Shown here one piece after another: positions 38,718 to 46,410 of a stretch of DNA of 64,000 bases. Numbering within the stretch: position 1 is the stretch's first letter; every line of letters begins with the position of its first letter. The notes under the pieces were generated by a model, which was not told the origin of the DNA, ran no database searches, and was given only the letters and a program-made list of their open reading frames with translations. Made by a program: the position numbers and the translations under genes. The stretch comes from Myxococcota bacterium (GTDB taxonomy: Bacteria; Myxococcota_A; UBA796; UBA2385), in assembly GCA_044344255.1 (NCBI GenBank), contig JBIJDH010000008.1, forward strand, positions 160,001-224,000, read 5' to 3'.

Positions 38718-40856
38718 ATGCTCATCGCCCTCTCGCTGCTCGGCCTCGCCCGGGCGGGGGAGGGCATGTGGCTCCCCGAGCAGGTGCCCTCCCTCGCGGC
38801 GGAGCTCCGAGCCGCGGGCTTCACGGTGCCGCCGAGCGTGCTCGCGGACCCCAACGGGCCCCTGCTCGGCGCCATCCTCTCGACCGGCGGCTGCACGGCC
38901 TCCTTCGTCTCCGCCGACGGGCTCGTGATCACGAACCACCACTGTGTGGCCGAGTACACACAGTACGCGAGCGACGCCGGGCACGACCTCGCCCACGACG
39001 GCTACCTCGCCCCAGACCGAGCGGGGGAGCGCTCTGGGGGCCCCTCGGCGCGGCTCTACATCGTCGAGGCGATGACCGACGTCTCCGCCACCGTGCTGAA
39101 GGGCGTCCGGGCCAAGACGCCCGACCTCGAGCGACGCGATCGGGTGGACAAGGCCAGGAAGCGGCTGGTGGCCTCCTGCGAGGAGGGTGGGTCCCTCCGC
39201 TGCGCCGTGGTCGGCTTCTACGGCGGCGGCACCTTTCGCCTGATCCGCAGCCGAGAGCTGCGCGACGTGCGCCTCGTCTACGCGCCGGCGGAGTCCGTGG
39301 GCTCCTACGGCGGCGAGATCGACAATTGGATGTGGCCTCGCCACGCCGGCGACTTCGCGTTGCTGCGGGCGTACGTCGGCCCCGACGGACGGCCGGCCGC
39401 GCCGGCGAAGGAGAACGTCCCCTACCGTCCGCCGGCCCACCTCCAGATCGACCCCACCGGCGCTCAAGAGGGCGAGCCGGTCTTCTGCCTCGGCTACCCC
39501 GGGCGCACCAACCGCTACGGCAGCGCCGCCGCCCTCCGCTTCGAGCGCGACGTCGTGGTCCCGCGGGAGCTCCGCCAGTCCACGGACTGGCTCGCCATCC
39601 TCCACGAGGAGAGCGCGCGGAGCACCGAGGCCGCCGCCCGCCTCGCCGCGCCGATCGACTGGATCGGCAACGCCGACAAGAACAACCGCGGCCTCATCGA
39701 CGGCCTGCGCCGGGGCGGCGTCCTCGAGGCCAAGGAGGAGCGAGAGCGCCGCCTCGCCGCCTGGCTGGCCGCCGACCCTCGCCGCGCGGCCACCTACGGC
39801 TCGGCCGTGCGCGAGCTGGGCGAGGTGGAGGCCGCAGCCCGCTCCGACACGCTGGTCAACTCCTCGATCCGCTCGATCGTGCGCAGCTCGGACCTGGCCA
39901 GCACCGCCTATGAGGCCTGGCGCTTCGCCACCGAGCGGGAGAAGCCCGACCTCGAGCGCGCCCGCGGCTTTCAGGATCGCGATCTGGCCGACGCCCTCGA
40001 CGCCTCCGCCCAGCTCGAGCACACGCTCTGGCTCCCCGCGGAGCGCCGCCTGCTCGAGCACGGCCTGCGCGCCGCCGAGGCCGCCCCTGAGCCCGCCCGC
40101 CTCGTGCCCCTGCATGAGTGGCTGCGACGGATGGGCGGCGTCGACGCCGCGCTGGCAGCCCTTTACACCGATCCCCCCCTCCGCTCGTCCGAGGCGCGGG
40201 CCGCCCTGTTCAAGGCCAGCAAGAAGGAGCTCATCGCCTCGAAGGACCCCTGGGTCCAGCTCGCCATCGCCCTCGACCGCGACGCCGCCCCGCGCCGCGA
40301 GCAGGACAAGGTCCGCGAGGGCGCCCTCCTCCGCCTGCGACCGGTCGTGCTCGAGGCCCTGCAGGCCGCGGCCCCGGGGCTCGTCTACCCCGACGCCAAC
40401 AGCACCCTCCGCCTCTCCTTCGGGCGCGTGGAGGGCATGAGCCCGCGAGACGGGATGTGGTACCGCCCCCACACCACCGTCCAGGGCATGGCCGTCCGCG
40501 CCGGAGAGGCCCCCTTCAACGCCCCCGCGGCCCTGCTCGCGGCCGCCCCCACGGCGCCCGCGAGCCGCTGGGCCGACCCCCTGCTGAAGGACGTGGTGGT
40601 CGACTTCCTCAGCACCCTCGACACCACCGGCGGCAACTCCGGCTCCCCCACCCTCAACGCCGAGGGCAAGCTCGTCGGCCTCGTCTTTGACGGGAATTAC
40701 GAGGCCATCACCGCCGACGAGGTCTTCGAGGACCCGCTGACCCGCAGCATCCACGTCGACGTCCGCTACCTCCTCTGGACCCTCGACCAGGAGCCGCGCG
40801 CCGCCTGGATCCTGGACGAGCTCGGCCTCGCAGCCCCGGCGCGGCCCACCCCGTAG
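38718..40856 (+). CDS. S46 family dipeptidyl peptidase (DPP7/DAP BII-like)
   Basis: EGMWLP, GGCTASFVS, TNHHC, DNWMWPRHAGDF, PDANSTLR and TGGNSGSP..FDG motifs. Confidence 0.95.
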   Translation: MLIALSLLGLARAGEGMWLPEQVPSLAAELRAAGFTVPPSVLADPNGPLLGAILSTGGCTASFVSADGLVITNHHCVAEYTQYASDAGHDLAHDGYLAPDRAGERSGGPSARLYIVEAMTDVSATVLKGVRAKTPDLERRDRVDKARKRLVASCEEGGSLRCAVVGFYGGGTFRLIRSRELRDVRLVYAPAESVGSYGGEIDNWMWPRHAGDFALLRAYVGPDGRPAAPAKENVPYRPPAHLQIDPTGAQEGEPVFCLGYPGRTNRYGSAAALRFERDVVVPRELRQSTDWLAILHEESARSTEAAARLAAPIDWIGNADKNNRGLIDGLRRGGVLEAKEERERRLAAWLAADPRRAATYGSAVRELGEVEAAARSDTLVNSSIRSIVRSSDLASTAYEAWRFATEREKPDLERARGFQDRDLADALDASAQLEHTLWLPAERRLLEHGLRAAEAAPEPARLVPLHEWLRRMGGVDAALAALYTDPPLRSSEARAALFKASKKELIASKDPWVQLAIALDRDAAPRREQDKVREGALLRLRPVVLEALQAAAPGLVYPDANSTLRLSFGRVEGMSPRDGMWYRPHTTVQGMAVRAGEAPFNAPAALLAAAPTAPASRWADPLLKDVVVDFLSTLDTTGGNSGSPTLNAEGKLVGLVFDGNYEAITADEVFEDPLTRSIHVDVRYLLWTLDQEPRAAWILDELGLAAPARPTP

Positions 40857-40880
40857 CCATCGCCGTCGCCGTCGCCGTGC

Positions 40881-41576
40881 TCAGAAGGCGACCCCGACGG
40901 CCTCACAGAGGAAGGCCATCCAGGGGGCGCCACGGCCGTAGAGGTCCGCGCAGCGCTCGAGCAGGCCGGGGCCGACCACCTCTGCGTCGGTCAGCTTGAA
41001 CATCGCGGCGTGGCTCTTGCGCTTGAGGTCAGCGGCGTGAGGGTGATCGGCCGGGTAGCCAGCGGGCACCCGCTTGAGATCGCCATCGCCTTGGTAGAGG
41101 CTGAAACCATCACCCAGCAGCCCGTCCCGGAGCTCCCCCCAGCGCGCGGGCTCAGCGACGATGTGATCGCGGACCCCGCGCAGGCCCGCGGGCTCGGCCA
41201 TCCAGACGCCCATGCCCAGCATCGAGGCGCCGGGCTCGATGTGCAGGTAGAAGCCGGGGGCGTGGGCGTCCCCGCCCGTCTCGTGGCGGAAGTGGATGCC
41301 CACGTGGCTCTTGTAGGGCCGCTTGTCGTGGCCGAAGCGGGTGTCCCGGTAGATACGGAACAGGCTCCCGCCCTGGGCCTTAGCGATGGCCTCGAAGTGA
41401 GGCGAGATCGCGCGGAGGTGAGGCTCAAAGTCGGCGATGAAGCGCAGCGCCGGCTCCTTCAACAGGCCCTCGTAGCGGAGCTTGTTGGCGTTGAACCAGT
41501 CGCGTTCGTTGTGCTCGGCGAGCTCGGAGAGGTAGCTGAGCAGGAGCGGCGAGAAGGAGAGGGCGGTGGTCGACAT
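40881..41576 (-). CDS. DUF2461 (TIGR02453) family protein
   Basis: HNERDWFNANK, FRIYRDTRF..DKRPYK and PGFYLHI motifs. Confidence 0.92.
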   Translation of the reverse strand: MSTTALSFSPLLLSYLSELAEHNERDWFNANKLRYEGLLKEPALRFIADFEPHLRAISPHFEAIAKAQGGSLFRIYRDTRFGHDKRPYKSHVGIHFRHETGGDAHAPGFYLHIEPGASMLGMGVWMAEPAGLRGVRDHIVAEPARWGELRDGLLGDGFSLYQGDGDLKRVPAGYPADHPHAADLKRKSHAAMFKLTDAEVVGPGLLERCADLYGRGAPWMAFLCEAVGVAF

Positions 41577-41656
41577 GGGGCTCCCGGGTGCGGGAGCGTA
41601 GCGTGGCGTGAACTGCGTCGGTGGGGGGCAGAACCGGAAGGAACATGCCGGAGACC

Positions 41657-41668
41657 AACGAATTCGTT
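41657..41668. promoter_or_regulatory. Perfect 12-bp palindrome in a divergent intergenic region (candidate operator)
   Basis: AACGAATTCGTT, AT-rich against a GC-rich background. Confidence 0.35.
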
Positions 41669-41700
41669 ACCCCTTGGCGGCAGCGGAGCCTATCACCGCA

Positions 41701-41740
41701 CGCCCCGACGCCCCGACGCCCCGACGCCCCGACGCCCCGG
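41701..41740 (+). repeat. 8-bp tandem repeat CGCCCCGA x5
   Basis: Four exact copies plus CGCCCCGG, ending 8 nt before ATG 41749. Confidence 0.92.
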
Positions 41741-41748
41741 CAGAGGCA

Positions 41749-43338
41749 ATGGACACCATCGACACCCGAGATCGCCCCACGCCCACCGACTCCGACGGTG
41801 ATGGCCAGCGGCTGGTCTGCACCATCGTCGTCCACGCCGACTTCCGCCGCCTCGGTGACCAGCACGTCTCGAGCGCCCCACGGGCGCCCCTCCTGATCAG
41901 CCGCTCGGAGCCTGAATTCCAGCGCCCGGCTCCCGACGGCCCCGAAGCGGAGGGCGCGGCGTGCGGTCGCCCCCTCCAAGACCCGCACGTGAGCCGGACG
42001 CCCATCCGCCTCATCCACACAGGCGTCGACCTCGTCATCGAGCCCGGCGGCAAGCCCATCACGGTCGACGGCGTCCGCGTCTCCGAGCCCATCGAGCTCC
42101 GCGGGGAGGCCCTGGAGGCGGGGGTCCTCCTCCGGCTGGCCCGCACCGCCTGGATCCTGGTCCGCCAGGGGACCGCCGACCCGCGCCGCGGGGAGTCCGC
42201 CTTCCTCATCGGCTCGAGCCCAGAGGCCGTGAACCTACGGCACCGCGTCCGCCTGCTGGCCCGCAGCCGCCTCCCGGTGCTGTTGGTCGGTGAAGCGGGC
42301 ACGGGCAAGGCCCGCCTCGCCCGCTCGATCTTCGACATCTCCTCCCAACCCGGCGCCCCCTGGGTTGAGCTCGACCCAAAGGCCTCACCCGCCACCGCCG
42401 ACGATCCCGTCTCCGTAGCCTTTGAGCGGGCCCGCGGCGGCGCCCTCTCGATCCGAGAGCTGGGGGAGCTCAGCGCGGAGGCCCAGGCTGGCTTGCTCCG
42501 GATCCTCGATCGGCAAGAGGCCGCTGGCCGCCGCAGCCCCGACGAGCCGCGCCTCATCGCCTGCACCAGCGTCGACCCTGCGCGGCTCGTCGAGCAGGGG
42601 CGGCTGCGCCCTGCCTTGCTCCACCGCCTCGCTGCCACGGTGTTGCCCATCCGGCCCCTCCGCGATCGCCGAGAAGACATCGCGGCCCAGGTGCGGGCGG
42701 TCGCCCTCGACGCCCTCGAAGAGCTCGAGATGGAGGCAGACCAGGCCGTCTCCGCCGGTCTCCTCCACCCCAACCAGCAGCTCGAGCTGCTCCAGCAGGC
42801 CTGGCCCGGCAACAGCCGTGAGCTCGACCACCAAGTGCGGGAGCTCGTCCTCAAGGGCCCAGGCGGCTGGCAGAGCGGGGACTCCCACCTCCCCCCTGCG
42901 AGCAGCCGCCCATCCACACCGAGCCTCTCGAGGCCCGATCCCCTCCCTGTCGCGCCTGTCCTCCCGCCGACCGCCGGTCTCCCGATCTCCGAGACGCCGC
43001 TCCCGAGCGACACCGCCGGCCCCGATCGGGCCCTGATCCACCGCCTCGATCGGCTGCTGATCGAGCTCATCAACGATCCCGACCTCTCCGTCGAGCTGCT
43101 CGGCAAGCGCATGGGCCTCAGCCGTCGGCAGCTCCACCGCGAGATCCGGCGGGTGGTCGGCCTGCCGCCGAAGGACTGGCTGAACGAGCGGCGCATGCTG
43201 CTGGCCCGCGACCTGCTCCGCAGCGGGAAGGTGCGAACGGTCTCCCAGGTGGCCGCGCAGGTGGGGCTGAGCCCCGCCTGGTTCTCCAAGTCCTACCTTG
43301 CACACTTCGGGATCTGTCCCTCCGACGAGCGGGCCTGA
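41749..43338 (+). CDS. Transcriptional regulator: FHA-like domain, degenerate sigma54-activator AAA+ domain and AraC-type HTH
   Basis: LQDPHVSR (FHA-like); LVGEAGTGK, PLRDRRED and WPGNSREL; C-terminal LSVELLG..MGLSRRQLHR..GLPP..R...ARDLL..VSQVA..VG....FSK.Y..HFG..PS. Confidence 0.85.
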   Translation: MDTIDTRDRPTPTDSDGDGQRLVCTIVVHADFRRLGDQHVSSAPRAPLLISRSEPEFQRPAPDGPEAEGAACGRPLQDPHVSRTPIRLIHTGVDLVIEPGGKPITVDGVRVSEPIELRGEALEAGVLLRLARTAWILVRQGTADPRRGESAFLIGSSPEAVNLRHRVRLLARSRLPVLLVGEAGTGKARLARSIFDISSQPGAPWVELDPKASPATADDPVSVAFERARGGALSIRELGELSAEAQAGLLRILDRQEAAGRRSPDEPRLIACTSVDPARLVEQGRLRPALLHRLAATVLPIRPLRDRREDIAAQVRAVALDALEELEMEADQAVSAGLLHPNQQLELLQQAWPGNSRELDHQVRELVLKGPGGWQSGDSHLPPASSRPSTPSLSRPDPLPVAPVLPPTAGLPISETPLPSDTAGPDRALIHRLDRLLIELINDPDLSVELLGKRMGLSRRQLHREIRRVVGLPPKDWLNERRMLLARDLLRSGKVRTVSQVAAQVGLSPAWFSKSYLAHFGICPSDERA

Positions 43339-43404
43339 CCGCGCCTGACCTCCGGGCGCCCGCGCGGGCTCCCACTCACAGCGAGGGCCGGGCGTGACGG
43401 CCGA

Positions 43405-44757
43405 TCAAGACAGCATCGCCTCGATGAGCCCACCCGGGAGGCTGGGATCACCGAACTGTTCGATGGGGCCGCCGTCGGGGCCGCGGTGGCCGGTGGCGGT
43501 GAGCAGCGTGGCGAGCAGGCGATCGTGGGTGACGCCGCCCGCGTCCACATAGGCGCCGGTCCGGAGGCTGCCGTCGCCGGCGCCGGCGATCACCCAGGGG
43601 AGCTCGTCGTAGCGGTGGGAGCCCGTCGCCACGTCGCTCACGAAGACGGCGACCGCCGAGTCGAGCACGCCGTTCTCCGCGAGGCGGTCGAGCAGGTGGC
43701 GGAACACGCCGAGGTGCAGGCGGTTGACGTCGGCGTGCATCTCGTGGGTGGAGGCGTAGGGCCCGAGCCCGGCCGAATCGACCATCCCATGGGTGAGCTC
43801 GTGGTAGGCCGGCAGGGTGAAGCCATCGACCGTGTAGCGGCAGCGGTCGAGGCGGTCTCCGATCTGCAGGGTCACCGCCCGAGCCTGGCCGCAGCCGAGC
43901 ACGAGCGCGATGAGATCGCAGTGCAGGCGCGCCACGTCGAGGGAGACGGCGTCGTCGGCGCTGCGGCCGGCCAGGTCGGCCATCGCCGCCACCTGGCCGG
44001 CGCGGAGGCCCTCACAGAGGCGCTCGAGGTCGCGTACGGAGTCGCTGTGCAGCTCGAGCCGGGCGCGGTCCTCGGCGGAGAGGCGGGGGCTCTGGGCGAG
44101 GGCCTGGAGCTGGTCGAGCACGAGGTCCTGGACCGAGCCGCGCGCCTCCCGCCCCGCCCCGCCGCCGATCCAACGCTGATAAACCGCCCAGGGGTCGCTG
44201 TCGGCCCCGCGGAGCTGGCCGGGGCCGCGGTAGGAGAGCACCTCCTCTCCGTAGTCGTCGCGCCGGCCCGCGTAGAGGGTGAGCGGCTCCCCGGCGTTGA
44301 CGTCAGACTGGCGCGCGATCCAATTGTCGATCGACTCGCCCTGCGCGTAGGTCATCACCGTCTCGGTCAGCGGGCCGCACGGGGCGCCGGTGAGGAGCTG
44401 GTTGCCCCCGCCGGCGTGGAGCTCCCGCGAGGCGGGAAAGGGGAAGGCCGTGCCGCGGACGAGCAGCACACGCTCGGCGTGATCGGCGAGCTCGGACACC
44501 ACCCGGTCGGCGTTGGCATCGGCGAGCACAGCCCGGCTGAGCGGCCCGAGCGCGCGGGGCCAGAAGAGCTCCGGCAACGCGCCGTCCTCTTGCGCCACCC
44601 CTGAGGCCGCCCGCACCACGACGAGGGGGTGCCCCAGCGGCCGCTCCAGCTCCGACTCCCGCGCCCGCCCGCAGCCGTGGAGGGAGGCGAGGAAGGGCAC
44701 AGGCACCATGAGCCCCGACGCCGCGGTCAGGAAGTGGCGTCGGGATAGGGGGCCCAT
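43405..44757 (-). CDS. DUF1552 family protein with Tat signal
   Basis: MGPLSRRHFL Tat motif; SIDNWIA, LSAEDRARLELH..SVRDLE and YHELTH motifs; AGGAGG RBS. Confidence 0.88.
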   Translation of the reverse strand: MGPLSRRHFLTAASGLMVPVPFLASLHGCGRARESELERPLGHPLVVVRAASGVAQEDGALPELFWPRALGPLSRAVLADANADRVVSELADHAERVLLVRGTAFPFPASRELHAGGGNQLLTGAPCGPLTETVMTYAQGESIDNWIARQSDVNAGEPLTLYAGRRDDYGEEVLSYRGPGQLRGADSDPWAVYQRWIGGGAGREARGSVQDLVLDQLQALAQSPRLSAEDRARLELHSDSVRDLERLCEGLRAGQVAAMADLAGRSADDAVSLDVARLHCDLIALVLGCGQARAVTLQIGDRLDRCRYTVDGFTLPAYHELTHGMVDSAGLGPYASTHEMHADVNRLHLGVFRHLLDRLAENGVLDSAVAVFVSDVATGSHRYDELPWVIAGAGDGSLRTGAYVDAGGVTHDRLLATLLTATGHRGPDGGPIEQFGDPSLPGGLIEAMLS

Positions 44758-44805
44758 GCCGTACCTCCTGCCTCTGGGTAGCGCGGCGGGGGGCCCGGGT
44801 CTACG

Positions 44806-46374
44806 ATGTTCTTCCTCCTCTTCCTCGCCTGCGCCGCCGCTCCCCCGGTCTCCGGCAGCGGGCACGCGGTCCGCCTGACCCACCGCCAATGGGAGCACAC
44901 CGTGGTCGATCTGCTCGGCCTCACCGCGCCCACCGGCCTCTCGGGCGACCTCGTCCCCGACCCCGCCCGCTCCACCTTTGACACCGACGCCGCCGAGCTC
45001 TCCGTCTCTCCGGTGCTCCGCCTGCAGTACGAGGCCGCCGCGGAGGCCCTGGCCCTGCGGGTGGTGAGCGAGCCGCCGCTCTACGCGACCGTGGCGCCGA
45101 GCGGTCGTTACCCCTCTCGCGGCGCGTACACGCTCGCCGAGCGGGACGCCTGGGTCGCCGAATTCGGCGGGCGCGCCTATCGTCGGCCCCTCGACCCGAC
45201 CGAGCGGCTCCAGCTCGGCGCCCTCTTCACCGAAGGGAGCGCCCTCTTCGCCTCCGGCGAGCCCTTCGCGGACGGAGTCCGCGCCGTCGTGACCGCCCTG
45301 CTCCAGTCGCCGGGCTTCCTCTACCGCACGGAGGGGATCTATGGACAGGCCGAGCCCGGGGCCCTGTCACCCGAGGAGCTGGCCGTCCGCCTCTCCTATG
45401 CCCTCTGGGGCACGCTGCCCGACGCCGCGCTGTTCGACGCCGCCGAGGCCGGCTTCGGGCCCGAGGCGCAACGGGCCGAGGCGGAGCGCCTCCTCGACGC
45501 CCCCGCCGGCCACGCTATGGTGGCCGACCTGCACCGACAGCTCCTCCACGTCGACCAGTACGCTCAGGTCTGGCGCCCCGACGAGGAGGTGCGCGGCATC
45601 GGCACCTACGCCGCCTCCGCCCCCGCCGCGATGCAGGCCGAGCTCTATGCCTACGTCGACGACGTCGTCTATCCGGCGGGCACCGTGCGCGAGCTGCTCA
45701 CCCGCAGCGAGACCTTCGCCAACAGCGACCTCGCCGACATCTACGGCATCGAGGGTATCGAGGGTGACACGCTCGTCCCGGTCTCGCTCGACCCCGCCGA
45801 GCGCGCCGGCCTCCTCACCCTCTCGGGCTTCCTTGCCTGGCAGGCGAAGGACTCCGAGCCCAACCTGATCGAGCGCGGCGCCTTCCTCAACGACGCCCTC
45901 CTCTGCGCCGAGGTCCCGCCGCCCCCGGCCGGCGCTGCCCCCCTCCCCGAGGCCACCGAGGGCACCAGCCTCCGCGCGCGCATCGAGGCCCACACCGCCG
46001 GCTGCGGCGGCGCCTGCCACACCGAGCTCATCAACCCGATCGGCTTCGCGCTCGGCCCCTATGACGAGGCGGGCCGCTACGTCCCCTTCGAGGGTGACGA
46101 GCCCATCGACGCCACCGGCACCTACACCTTCACGGAGGGCCCCACCGACTTCGACGGCGCCGTCGACCTCGCGCAGGTCATGGCCGAGAGCGAGCAGGTG
46201 CACCGCTGCTACGTCGGACACCTCGCGGGCTACCTCCACGGGGCGCCCGTCTCCGCCCTCGACGAGGCGATGCTCGAGGCCCTCACGGAGGCCTCGCTGG
46301 GAGACGCCTCGATCCGCTCGCTCATCCTCGACATCGTCACCGATCCGAGCTTCCGGGAGGTCCGGGGGGACTGA
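44806..46374 (+). CDS. DUF1592/DUF1588/DUF1595/DUF1587/DUF1585 (PSD-type) protein
   Basis: RLTHRQWEHTVVDL, RAYRRPL, LQSPGFLYRTE, ELAVRLSY.LW..PD..L, RAGLLT, C...CH..INPIGF and CYV motifs; lipoprotein-like LAC. Confidence 0.9.
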   Translation: MFFLLFLACAAAPPVSGSGHAVRLTHRQWEHTVVDLLGLTAPTGLSGDLVPDPARSTFDTDAAELSVSPVLRLQYEAAAEALALRVVSEPPLYATVAPSGRYPSRGAYTLAERDAWVAEFGGRAYRRPLDPTERLQLGALFTEGSALFASGEPFADGVRAVVTALLQSPGFLYRTEGIYGQAEPGALSPEELAVRLSYALWGTLPDAALFDAAEAGFGPEAQRAEAERLLDAPAGHAMVADLHRQLLHVDQYAQVWRPDEEVRGIGTYAASAPAAMQAELYAYVDDVVYPAGTVRELLTRSETFANSDLADIYGIEGIEGDTLVPVSLDPAERAGLLTLSGFLAWQAKDSEPNLIERGAFLNDALLCAEVPPPPAGAAPLPEATEGTSLRARIEAHTAGCGGACHTELINPIGFALGPYDEAGRYVPFEGDEPIDATGTYTFTEGPTDFDGAVDLAQVMAESEQVHRCYVGHLAGYLHGAPVSALDEAMLEALTEASLGDASIRSLILDIVTDPSFREVRGD

Positions 46375-46410
46375 GGGGTGCGGCGAGGGCGATCGTCTAT
46401 CAATTACGGT

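Noticed and set aside
37191..40754. Very long alternative-frame ORFs (37191-40754 -, 46378-50817 +, 24523-27738 +, 54757-58239 -, 3366-5420 -)
   Set aside because: Shadow ORFs antisense to well-supported genes, expected at very high GC. Only the tails of two are real (DUF1244 from 50458; methyltransferase from 55638).
44788..44802. Shared 15-mer GGGGGGCCCGGGTCT before both the ECF gene (5720-5734) and the DUF1592 gene
   Set aside because: The putative -35 is not shared, it is too close to the ATG to be a -10, and GC-rich 15-mer matches are expected by chance.
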